Assembly: GCA_965219685.1 (NCBI GenBank)
Contig: CBDCOH010000002.1
Coordinates: 2,080,001 to 2,144,000, forward strand
Source of the DNA: Candidatus Spongiisociaceae bacterium
Lineage (GTDB): Bacteria > Actinomycetota > Acidimicrobiia > Spongiisociales > Spongiisociaceae
Direction: 5' to 3'
Length of the DNA stretch: 64,000 bases
The notes beneath the pieces are model-generated. The model had not been told where the DNA came from. It worked only from the letters and a program-made list of their open reading frames with translations, and did not search any database. Position 1 is the first letter of the stretch; each line of letters opens with the position of its first letter. Positions 1-8,558 of this stretch are shown piece after piece. Made by a program: the position numbers and the translations under genes.

Positions 1-635
1 TGGATCTCGTGTGGATGTGCGGGTACCCGACCGCGTTTCTCATCTCGACGGGCCGGACAACCCACGAGGTCGTAGCCGCGCCCGTCTTCGCCGGATACAG
101 GCAGCCTGTCTACCACTCGGTGATCATCACCCGGGTGGACGGTCCCTCGTCTCTCCATGTCGCGCTGGAAACAAGGCTGGCGGTGAACGAGCTCGAGTCC
201 TGGTCCGGGTTTCTGGGGCTCAAAGCCCATGTCGAACGGTCTTTCCCCGGTGCCTGGTTCGCCGATCAGGCAGTCACCGGTTCGCATCGGGCCTCGATCC
301 AGGCTGTGGCGGATCAGGTGTGTGACGTCGCGGCCATCGACGTCACGATCTGGGAGCACCTACTGGCGACGGAACCGGCGGCAGCCACAGACCTCCGTGT
401 CGTCGACCGAACCGTAGACTGGCCGGCGCCACCCTTCAGCATCGCTTCGCACCTCGACCCCACGGTGCGAGAGTGCCTCACCGCGGCCCTAACCGCGGTC
501 GGACCGGCAGACGTACCGTTGCTCGACGGCGTCGCACCGGCCGACTGCGATATCTACCGGGAGGTGATGCTTGCCCGATCAGGTATGGCTCCGAGTTCGT
601 TGATCCTCCAAGCGCGAGACGCTGACCGGAAGTGA
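1..635 (+). CDS. PhnD/SsuA-like ABC transporter substrate-binding protein (5' truncated by window edge)
   Basis: Frame is open from the window start (DLVWMCGYP). Motifs Y-H-S-V-I-I-TR, LAVNELESWSG, TGSHRASIQAV and DVAAID are typical of PhnD-like phosphonate-binding proteins. Confidence 0.75.
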   Translation, partial: DLVWMCGYPTAFLISTGRTTHEVVAAPVFAGYRQPVYHSVIITRVDGPSSLHVALETRLAVNELESWSGFLGLKAHVERSFPGAWFADQAVTGSHRASIQAVADQVCDVAAIDVTIWEHLLATEPAAATDLRVVDRTVDWPAPPFSIASHLDPTVRECLTAALTAVGPADVPLLDGVAPADCDIYREVMLARSGMAPSSLILQARDADRK

Positions 636-687
636 TGGCTATTGTCGTCGCTCCGCTGATGGTCGAGACCGGAACATCGCACTCTCG

Positions 688-2262
688 CTACGGATCGGTG
701 GTCGGTTCGATACGCACGGGACGGCGGACTTTCTTCCCGTTCAACATCGTTCCGATCGGGGTGTAGCGGACCAGGAACTGATAGCTCAGCAGGAGAAACG
801 CTGTGACCACCACGGAGATCATCAGAAACTTGGCCTCCGCCGGCACGTCCCAGTCCCGCACGATCGCCTGCGCGAGCACCACCACCGGGAGGTGGGCGAG
901 GTACATCCAGTACGAGGAGTCGGAGAGGTAGCGGACGCCCCGACGTTCCCCGGGAATCAACACCCGGAACAACCCGATCAGGCCGAGGCACATCCCCCAT
1001 GCGTAGGCCACCTGGAGGACCGACGCCACCGGCCAGGAGAAGAGCTCCGGCTCGAAAGTGACGGCGAGCCCGGCCGGTAGAACGACCACGAAGGAGACGG
1101 GCAGGAAGAGCCACCACGGTCTCCCGACCGTGTCGACCAACTCCGTGCCGCTACGGCCACGGCGCCGGTACATGAGAGCCCCGAACGCGAAGAACGTGGT
1201 GTAGTAGACCAGGACGTGGGGTAGCGGGACGAAACCGTCCGACGTGTCGGGTCCGAAGACGGGATAGGCGCCGCCTCCGCCCATGGACAGCTGCGGGACG
1301 ATCGTAAGGGGGATCATCGACCACATGACCCACCGCGGCCACCTCGCCTGCCGGCTGGCTTGGGCAGTCCGGCGCTCCGCCACCCAGGCCACCAAAGCGA
1401 AGCCTGCCACGAGCCACAGGAGGAACCAGAGGAACCAGAGGTGATAGAAACGTTGGATGGAGGACAGGTCCAGCCCGTCGGCCGCGTCGTTGTCCTCCTC
1501 CCGGTCGGCGGCGCCGGCTCCCCAACCCGGGACCTCCGCCCACTCCATCCCTTCGGGCAGTGGTTCCCCACCCCCGTAGGAGACCAGCAGGTCGGCAGCC
1601 TCCCCATGGCCGAAGTGGAAAGCCACCCCGAGGGGCGTCTCACCTTCCGAGGCGGTGGCCACCGGCGCCGGCTCGGCACCGCGCGCGAGCAGCAACTCCA
1701 CCATCCCGGTGTCCCCCGTGAAGGCCGCGGCGTGGAGTAGCGTCCAACCGCCCGGATCGCTGCGGAGGTCGACGTCGAATCCCCGGTCGAGCAGCTGCTC
1801 CACCCCCGCCACATCTGCGGTGAAGACCTTCCCCCAGATGTCATCGTCGGCGACCTGCGGTGCAGGCGCGGACTCCACCGCCCAGTCACCGACGAAGGTG
1901 GTCAGCGGAACGATCGTGAGCAGCCCGACCAATAGCGGGAGGGCAACCCGCCGCAGCCGATGGCTGAGCAGCGCGCCGAGACCGCGGCGTCGCCACAGAA
2001 GGGCGGTGAAGAACCCGCTCATCAGGAAGAACACCGGCATCCGGAAACCGTGGACAGCCCAAAGGAACTCGTCGAACAGCCCGTCGAGACTCGACGTGCG
2101 GTCCTGCACCCACCAAGGCGCCGGGAAGAATGCCAGGGAGGTATGGAGGCCGATACCGAGCAGCATGGCGAACCCCCGCAGAGCGTCGAGGTCGTACCGG
2201 CGACGCTCCACGGACCTGATGTCCGGGGATGGCGGTTCCAACGAAGTCAAGGGAGTAGGCAC
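688..2262 (-). CDS. Acyltransferase family 3 (OpgC/MdoC-like) membrane protein with internal ankyrin repeats
   Basis: RRYDLDALRGFAMLLG, HGFRMPVFFLMSGFF, YHLWFLWFL and YLSDSSYWMYLAHLP motifs. Ankyrin-like GWTLLHAAAFTGDTGMVELLLARGA and GETPLGVAFHFGH at about aa 141-231. Confidence 0.85.
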   Translation of the reverse strand: MPTPLTSLEPPSPDIRSVERRRYDLDALRGFAMLLGIGLHTSLAFFPAPWWVQDRTSSLDGLFDEFLWAVHGFRMPVFFLMSGFFTALLWRRRGLGALLSHRLRRVALPLLVGLLTIVPLTTFVGDWAVESAPAPQVADDDIWGKVFTADVAGVEQLLDRGFDVDLRSDPGGWTLLHAAAFTGDTGMVELLLARGAEPAPVATASEGETPLGVAFHFGHGEAADLLVSYGGGEPLPEGMEWAEVPGWGAGAADREEDNDAADGLDLSSIQRFYHLWFLWFLLWLVAGFALVAWVAERRTAQASRQARWPRWVMWSMIPLTIVPQLSMGGGGAYPVFGPDTSDGFVPLPHVLVYYTTFFAFGALMYRRRGRSGTELVDTVGRPWWLFLPVSFVVVLPAGLAVTFEPELFSWPVASVLQVAYAWGMCLGLIGLFRVLIPGERRGVRYLSDSSYWMYLAHLPVVVLAQAIVRDWDVPAEAKFLMISVVVTAFLLLSYQFLVRYTPIGTMLNGKKVRRPVRIEPTTDP

Positions 2263-2431
2263 ACAGTCACCGCCGCGGAGACTACCGAACCTCCAGGGAC
2301 AGCCGACCGAGGATCAGCCAGCCGGTCGTGACAACCCACCGGCCCATGGTTTGCTGGAATCGGGTCAGTCGTGGGGAAACATGCGAGTAACTCCGACGGA
2401 TGGTTGTAGTGGCAAGCTCACCGCCCTCAGA

Positions 2432-2632
2432 TCGCGAAAACCACCGCCGCGGGTCCCCGCTCCGGGCCCACCCCCGCCACCACCCTTCCTGGGTTCTGGG
2501 CACGCCCATCTCGCCCTTTGAAGGCCAAGGTTCCGGTTCGTGATCCCTCGGGCGGCTGAATGACGTCGGGTTCGAGCCGCGCAGGTGTTTGCTACACCCA
2601 TACTGCAACAGGGAGGCGACGGACTCAACCCC
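2432..2632 (-). repeat. Dispersed ~195 bp repeat, copy 1
   Basis: Colinear blocks (TCGCGAAAA; CGGGCCCRCCCCCGCCACCACC; TCCTGGGTT; TGATCC..TCG; ATGACGTC; GGTGTTTG) shared with 34391-34585 and, inverted, with 12251-12455. Confidence 0.75.
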
Positions 2633-2766
2633 TTCGCTCCGAATAGTTTTCGCGCAGTTTCGCCTGGGCAACCGTTCCTTCCGACACCGCTGCCACCAAC
2701 ACCAATCCGCGTCGGGGTCCCAGTCGACACGACCACCTTGGCAGTTGCTCGGTACGTGTTCCGGGG

Positions 2767-3123
2767 TCAATTCCCGCGAGCGAGATCCAACACCAAGGCA
2801 ATGCCCCCCTCGACCATGCGCATCGTTCCGGCATCCAGTCTCCCGACCGATTCGGAGAGCGCGGTTTTGTTGAGCGTGGCAACCTGTGAAACGTTCACTA
2901 CGGAATCTCTCGCCAGGCCAGAGGTCCCACGCTGAATGAGAACATTCCCCGGCGCCGCGGCCAACCGCAGGTTCGAGGTGATGGCCACACAAACCACCGT
3001 CGCGATCCGACTCCTGTTGAAGCGGTCGCTCGATACGACCAGAATGGGCCGCCGATAACCCGGCTCGGAACCTACAGGATCGCGGAGCGTCGCCCAGCAT
3101 ATTTCGCCGCGCTGGATCACCAA
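2767..3123 (-). CDS. mazF: Type II TA toxin, MazF/PemK endoribonuclease
   Basis: IQRGEICWA...GSEPGYRRPILVVSSDRFNRS...AITSN...APGNV...GL.RDSVVNVSQ pattern. Overlaps the upstream antitoxin. Confidence 0.92.
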   Translation of the reverse strand: MVIQRGEICWATLRDPVGSEPGYRRPILVVSSDRFNRSRIATVVCVAITSNLRLAAAPGNVLIQRGTSGLARDSVVNVSQVATLNKTALSESVGRLDAGTMRMVEGGIALVLDLARGN

Positions 3124-3350
3124 GGATCGGATAGAGCTTGTCGCTGCAACTCGAGGAACTCAGGAGAGACCTCTGACGGCTCATCCGAGTACAAGGCGTC
3201 GAGGCGGGCCGTAACCTGTTCGGAGTCCTCGCGAGCCAGCAGACCCTCCAAAGCCTCGGCGTACAAACTCGACCGTGAACACCGGCGCCGTTCCGCCAGC
3301 CGTTCGGCCGCTTCGAATACAGCGTCGGGAATGGAGACCGCTACCTTCAT
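3117..3350 (-). CDS. Ribbon-helix-helix antitoxin (MazE-like)
   Basis: MKVAVSIPDAVFEAAERLA...SRSSLYAEAL RHH pattern, 77 aa, directly upstream of mazF. Confidence 0.88.
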   Translation of the reverse strand: MKVAVSIPDAVFEAAERLAERRRCSRSSLYAEALEGLLAREDSEQVTARLDALYSDEPSEVSPEFLELQRQALSDPW

Positions 3351-3373
3351 CTCCCGGAGTATAACCGAGTATG
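3351..3373 (-). promoter_or_regulatory. Leaderless -10 box (TATACT) with probable autoregulatory direct repeat
   Basis: Minus strand reads CATACTCGGTTATACTCCGGGAG-ATG. TATACT lies 7 nt before the ATG, and ATACTC repeats at 10 bp spacing. Confidence 0.55.
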
Positions 3374-3420
3374 ACCACTATCAACGAGGCCACATCCCAC
3401 GATGGGCCGACCGAGATGAG

Positions 3421-5256
3421 CTAACCCCACAATCTCGATCTCAGACCCGAGGCGCGCTGGACCGATCTCTGTATCGCCAGACGGATGACCGGTTCCTCGC
3501 CGACGACCGTGACCCGGCGGGAAGCCCTGGTGACCGCGGTGTAGAGGAGTTCCCGGGTGAGGAGGCGCGAGCTCTCCGACGGCAGGGAGACGACCACTTC
3601 GCCGAACTGGGAGCCCTGGCTCTTGTGGATGGTCAGGGCATGGACCGTGGTGTGATCACCCAGGTAGCCGGGCGGGAAGACTCGCAGGCCACCCCGTTCG
3701 AATACCACCCGCAGACCGCCGGCGGTCCGTACGACCACACCTATGTCTCCGTTGTAGAGACCGAGGTTGTAGTCGTTGGCGGTGATCATCAAGGGCCGTC
3801 CGGGATACCACTCCCCCCCGTACCTCAGACCGGGGAAGCGCTCGTCGAGGGCGTCCTCGATGTCGCGGCGCCACTGCTCGACGCTGCCCGGACCCTCGCG
3901 ATGGGCACAAAGCACCGCCAGAGCGCCCAGTCGGGCGAGAGCAGCCTCCTCGTTTCCAGGTTGAGAGGCGGTCTCCACCAGCCGGACCCGTTGGTCGAGT
4001 ACTCGCCCCGTCAAGTCCCGGAAGGCGCCGCCCGACCGGTTCCTCACCCATTGCAGAGCATCCGGGTCCGGGTCGAGAAGGGCGACGGCCCGGTCGGGAA
4101 CACCGTCCCGCACCGCCCCGGCGAAGTCGGCGATCGAGCCCTGCTCCTCGAACCGGTGGACACGCTCCAGGACCACCACCCGGCCCGCTATGGAAGCGGG
4201 AGCCCCGCTCTCCCCCCTCGCTGGCGAGTCGGCGGCGGGACCCACGATGTCGGATAGGACCGTACCGGCCTCGATCGACTCCAGTTGGTAGGGATCGCCG
4301 GCCAGCACCAGAGATGCACCGTCCCTGACGGCCGCCATCAACTTGGCGGCCAAGGGCAGGGAGACCATCGACATCTCGTCCACGATGACCACATCGTGAG
4401 GAAGCGGGTTCCGTTCGTGATGGGCGAACCGGCTTCTCTCCCGCGAGAACCCGAGCAGGCGGTGGATGGTGCTGTTCTCAACCGAACCGAGCCGCTCCGC
4501 CACGATCCTGCTGTCCGTATGAGCGGCGTGCTCCTCGACCACCTCCTTGAGCCGGGCTGCGGCCTTGCCGGTGGGAGCGCAGAGAGCCACCCTCGGGAAG
4601 CTCCCTCGAAGGTGGGCCAGCGCCTCGAGCATCTTGGCCACGGTGTAGGTCTTGCCGGTGCCCGGACCGCCCGCGATCACCGTCAGCTTCCCGGCCAGAG
4701 CCCCGGCGGCCGCGGCATGCTGGAGGTTCGGCCCGCCTTCCGCAAGGGGCGGTAGGAGGTGATCAAGCGCTGCCCGGACCTCCCGCGCGAGGTCGGTAGC
4801 CGGAGCCCGGGCCCGGGCTTCGATCAGGTCGAACAAGCGTTGCTCGTAGCGAAAGTAGCGCTCCAGGTAAAGGCGACCGTCAACGTGTACGAGGGGTTCG
4901 TCGCCCCTGCCGTCGCCGACCATGGGGCTGTCGCGGACGGCCGATGGCCACTCGACGGGATCGGGCCAGGGAAGCCCCTCGACCACCTCCGGAGGTTGAC
5001 CCTCGACCACCAGGGCTTCGCGCTGGTTTGCGACATCTATGCAAACGTGCCCGAACCGCGTGCCCCGAACCGCCAGCGCAGCTGCCAGGAGGACCTTCTC
5101 GTCGGTCTCGGCCCACAGGCGGGCTACGGCCGTTGCCGCGTGGACATCGAGGGGCGACAGTGCACCACCGTCGTTGAAGCGGGCCAGCAAACCGGAGGCA
5201 TCGACCACGATCCGGGGTCCGGCGGTGGCGGCTCCGATGCGTGGCGTTGCGGTCAC
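3421..5256 (-). CDS. recD: Exodeoxyribonuclease V alpha subunit
   Basis: GGPGTGKT, APTGKAAARL, STIHRLLG, DEMSMV, TIHKSQGSQF and RELLYTAVTRA motifs. GTG start overlaps the recB stop (GTGA at 5253-5256). Confidence 0.95.
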   Translation of the reverse strand: MTATPRIGAATAGPRIVVDASGLLARFNDGGALSPLDVHAATAVARLWAETDEKVLLAAALAVRGTRFGHVCIDVANQREALVVEGQPPEVVEGLPWPDPVEWPSAVRDSPMVGDGRGDEPLVHVDGRLYLERYFRYEQRLFDLIEARARAPATDLAREVRAALDHLLPPLAEGGPNLQHAAAAGALAGKLTVIAGGPGTGKTYTVAKMLEALAHLRGSFPRVALCAPTGKAAARLKEVVEEHAAHTDSRIVAERLGSVENSTIHRLLGFSRERSRFAHHERNPLPHDVVIVDEMSMVSLPLAAKLMAAVRDGASLVLAGDPYQLESIEAGTVLSDIVGPAADSPARGESGAPASIAGRVVVLERVHRFEEQGSIADFAGAVRDGVPDRAVALLDPDPDALQWVRNRSGGAFRDLTGRVLDQRVRLVETASQPGNEEAALARLGALAVLCAHREGPGSVEQWRRDIEDALDERFPGLRYGGEWYPGRPLMITANDYNLGLYNGDIGVVVRTAGGLRVVFERGGLRVFPPGYLGDHTTVHALTIHKSQGSQFGEVVVSLPSESSRLLTRELLYTAVTRASRRVTVVGEEPVIRLAIQRSVQRASGLRSRLWG

Positions 5257-8200
5257 GACCGGTGTCCCGCGAACAGATCGCTGACGGCGACGATCGTACG
5301 AGTCGGCGGGGACCACCTCGCTACGCCGCACCGCTCGCCCCGCACGACCGGGGTGGCCGGACCGATCATCCCCCGGACGAACAGGTAGACGGATCCGCCC
5401 AGATGCAGGGAAGGGTCGTATCCGTCCAGGCGCCATTGCAGGTACCGGTGTAGTGCAACCTGGTAGAGCAATGCCTGGAGCACGTAGTTGCCATGGTGCA
5501 TGGCGGCGACGAGCGGCTCCGGTCCGTAATCAGCCGCATCCGGAACCTCGCCGAGGACGGGAAGGGTGTTGGACTTGAAGTCCATGACCACGTAGCGGTC
5601 CCCGCCGCGTCCGGGCATGACGGTGACCAGGTCGATCCCTCCGGCCAGGAAGCCGCGGAACCGACTGGATGCCAGGTCGCCCAAGCGAGCGAAGTACCCG
5701 AGGTGGGGGTCGTCCCGGGGCAGGTGGTCGAGCACGACCCGGGCGATGTCTTGCAAGGCGATGGTCGGGGCCGAGGTGCGGAGCGCCAACTCGAAGTCCA
5801 GTTCCTTGAGAGTCCGTCTCGGGTCCAGGTCACGCAATGTGGGAGCATCGTCGCCGGCTCCGAGGGGAGTGTCCATCGCGGCGGCCAGAGCGTTCACGAA
5901 TGCATCGACTTCGAAGTCCCACGACGAGTGGCGGGTCAGCCGGCCCAGCTCGGATCGGATCGCGCCGCCCAGATCGGGCGCGTCGAAAGGCACGCTCTGC
6001 AAGACCTCATGCACCAGCGACCCGAAACGCGGCCCGCGGGGTAGTTGCTCCATCAGCAGCCCGCCACCCTCCCCGGCCGGTTGCCCGTCGTCCTGAGGTT
6101 CATCGACCCGGTCCGGGTCTTCCTTCGTGTCGGTCTCCCCGCCGAGGGGACGGTCGGGCGAGAGCGACGAGAAGGAGACCCGCCGCCAGAAGTAGTCGAG
6201 GGGCCGATCGAGGCGGGCGCGCTCCAACTTGGCGGGACCCGTGTCCTCCCCCGGGAAACGCACCACGGGCCGGGGCTCGGCGACGATGGTCTGGTCGATG
6301 GTCCCTCCCGACGATTCCACGAGCCTCTCGATACCTCGGTCCGGGTCGCCGCCGCGGGCGAGAAGCTGGTGCAGCTTGGTCCTGGCCGAAAACTGGGTGT
6401 TGGCTACCCACCACACGACCAGCCGATGCCTGGCCCTGGTGAGCGCCACGTACAGCAACCGGCCCTCCTCGGCGGCTTCCTCGGACATGGCGATCTCCTT
6501 GTGCGAGTCGAAGCCGGGTGACGTGGGACCTCCCACATCGATGAGACGCCCCCTTGGCTCCCCCGGCGGGCCGGGTTCGGGATCGTGGAAGATGGGCAGC
6601 CTGGGGGTGATCCGGGGCATATCCCACAGGTACGGGACCATCACCACCGGGTATTCGAGACCCTTGGCCGCATGGATCGTCAGTACCTGGACGGCGGCCG
6701 CGTCGGTATCCAAGCGCCGCTGGCGTGATTCGGCATCCTCGACGTTGTTCCTGTCGTTGCGGACCGCCTCGTCGATAGCCGCTTCGATCCACACGACCAG
6801 CGACCCGATCCGGCCACCCCGCCAGGCTGAGTGCATCTCCTCGGCGATGTGGCTCAGGTCGGTCAGCTCCCTCTCACCATCGGATCGGGCGAGGATCCGA
6901 GCAGTCAGACCGGTGCTCCGGTCGATGTCGGAAAACATGGTCGGCACCCCGTGGTCGTGCAGCAGCGCCTGCCACCTCAGGAACCGCTGCCGTAGAGCGA
7001 GGATCGCGTCCTCCCGGAGGTCCGCGAGACGGCCGGGAGTCATGCCGTACAGGACGGTCGTGGCCGCGATGCGCAGGTAACCGGCCCGGCTGGGTCTCTC
7101 CACCGCCAGCAGGAATCGGCGCCACTGCTCGGCCGCGTTGGTGTCGAACACGCTTCCGGTTCTGGCCACCACCGACGGCACCGCGCTGACCATGAGTTCC
7201 TCCCGGATCGTGGCGACCTGGCGGCCCGTTCGGCACAGCACAGCGATGTCACCCGGTCCGATCGGCCGCGAGCCGCCCCCGTCGTTGATGAGGACCCCCG
7301 ACGTAAGGAGCCGGACCGTCTCGGAAGCCAGGTCCGCCGCGACCGCTCTCCTTGCCTCCCCGACGTAAAAGAACGGTTTGTACTGGTAGCGCCGGAGGGG
7401 AAAGTCGTCGGAGATGCGACGGATCTCCAGCGGAGGACCGGTCCCGGAGATGCGACTCTGCCGGTTGCGTCCGGCCGGCTGCAAAGGGCGGTGTCCGATA
7501 CGGTCGTCGCCGAAGGTGGAACCGGCCAGGATCGTGTCGATGGCAGCCACCAAGGGTCCGTCGCTGCGCCAGTTGGTTTCCAGGGTGCGGTGGGTGGCGG
7601 CGCGGTCCGCCGCCGATAGGTAGGACTCGATGTCCGCACCCCGGAACGCGTAGATCGATTGCTTGGGGTCTCCTATCACGACCAGCCGCGACTCGTCGAA
7701 AACCGCCCTGAGGATCTGCCATTGGATGGGGTCGGTGTCCTGAGCCTCGTCGACGAGAGCGATGGAGTAACGCCGCCTGAGAAGCTCGCGGGCTCCGTCC
7801 CCTATCCGTGGCTCGATCAACGCGTCGCGGGCCTCCACCAAGGTCTCGTCGAACGTGACCCTTCCCTCCGCCCTTAGCCGCCGGGAGAGCAGGAGCCTCA
7901 TTTCGCCCGCCATCTCAGCCCGCAGCCTCGCCACACCCTCGACGGTGGAGGCGTCCGGAACTATCCGGACATCCGGGGTAGCGACGACCGCCTTGCCGAT
8001 GCCGGCCAGATCGTCCTGGGTGACCGTCCCGTCCACGCCGGCCGGGCCGGGCCCCGCGAATAGCCTCACCACCAAATCGCCGGCCGCCCGTCGCACCACC
8101 AGTTCGTCGATCTCGCCGGGCTCCAGGTCGCCGGGCAGGCGGGAGCGGAATCCGAGTTTCTGCAGCAGCCGGCCGGCGAAGCCATGGATGGTGAATATCT

Positions 8201-8558
8201 GGGCCCGGTCGAACTGGGTCAGGGCTGTGTCAAGCCGCTCGGCTTGGCGTGCCTGCCGGCGGGAGGACGACTGGAGGAGGAACCGCATGTGGTCGTCGGT
8301 CGTCGCCCCGACCCGGTCACCGCGCAGGGCGCGGAGCGAGACGACCATCCGGCGCCTGATCCGGTCTTTGAGTTCGGCGGTGGCGGCACGGGTGAAGGTG
8401 ACCACCAGGATGCGGTCGAGGGGGATGCCTTCCCCGGCCACCAGCCGGGTGACGGCGGCAGCGATCGTGAAGGTCTTCCCGGTGCCGGCGCTGGCCTCGA
8501 TGATGGTGCCGCCCGCTCCGATGGGCGCGTGGGGGTCGTAGGTGGCGACCTCGGTCAT
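5253..8558 (-). CDS. recB: Exodeoxyribonuclease V beta subunit (UvrD-like helicase plus C-terminal nuclease)
   Basis: IEASAGTGKT, TFTRAATAEL, DEAQDTD, IGDPKQSIYAFRGAD, TIHAAKGLE, RLLYVALTRA and the nuclease GGIDLV..DFKSN..QALLY. ATGA overlap with recC at 8555-8558. Confidence 0.95.
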   Translation of the reverse strand: MTEVATYDPHAPIGAGGTIIEASAGTGKTFTIAAAVTRLVAGEGIPLDRILVVTFTRAATAELKDRIRRRMVVSLRALRGDRVGATTDDHMRFLLQSSSRRQARQAERLDTALTQFDRAQIFTIHGFAGRLLQKLGFRSRLPGDLEPGEIDELVVRRAAGDLVVRLFAGPGPAGVDGTVTQDDLAGIGKAVVATPDVRIVPDASTVEGVARLRAEMAGEMRLLLSRRLRAEGRVTFDETLVEARDALIEPRIGDGARELLRRRYSIALVDEAQDTDPIQWQILRAVFDESRLVVIGDPKQSIYAFRGADIESYLSAADRAATHRTLETNWRSDGPLVAAIDTILAGSTFGDDRIGHRPLQPAGRNRQSRISGTGPPLEIRRISDDFPLRRYQYKPFFYVGEARRAVAADLASETVRLLTSGVLINDGGGSRPIGPGDIAVLCRTGRQVATIREELMVSAVPSVVARTGSVFDTNAAEQWRRFLLAVERPSRAGYLRIAATTVLYGMTPGRLADLREDAILALRQRFLRWQALLHDHGVPTMFSDIDRSTGLTARILARSDGERELTDLSHIAEEMHSAWRGGRIGSLVVWIEAAIDEAVRNDRNNVEDAESRQRRLDTDAAAVQVLTIHAAKGLEYPVVMVPYLWDMPRITPRLPIFHDPEPGPPGEPRGRLIDVGGPTSPGFDSHKEIAMSEEAAEEGRLLYVALTRARHRLVVWWVANTQFSARTKLHQLLARGGDPDRGIERLVESSGGTIDQTIVAEPRPVVRFPGEDTGPAKLERARLDRPLDYFWRRVSFSSLSPDRPLGGETDTKEDPDRVDEPQDDGQPAGEGGGLLMEQLPRGPRFGSLVHEVLQSVPFDAPDLGGAIRSELGRLTRHSSWDFEVDAFVNALAAAMDTPLGAGDDAPTLRDLDPRRTLKELDFELALRTSAPTIALQDIARVVLDHLPRDDPHLGYFARLGDLASSRFRGFLAGGIDLVTVMPGRGGDRYVVMDFKSNTLPVLGEVPDAADYGPEPLVAAMHHGNYVLQALLYQVALHRYLQWRLDGYDPSLHLGGSVYLFVRGMIGPATPVVRGERCGVARWSPPTRTIVAVSDLFAGHRS

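Noticed and set aside
2282-3184. 300 aa minus-strand ORF overlapping mazF and repeat copy 1
   Set aside because: Arg/Gly/Ser-rich, out of frame with mazF and without recognisable domains.
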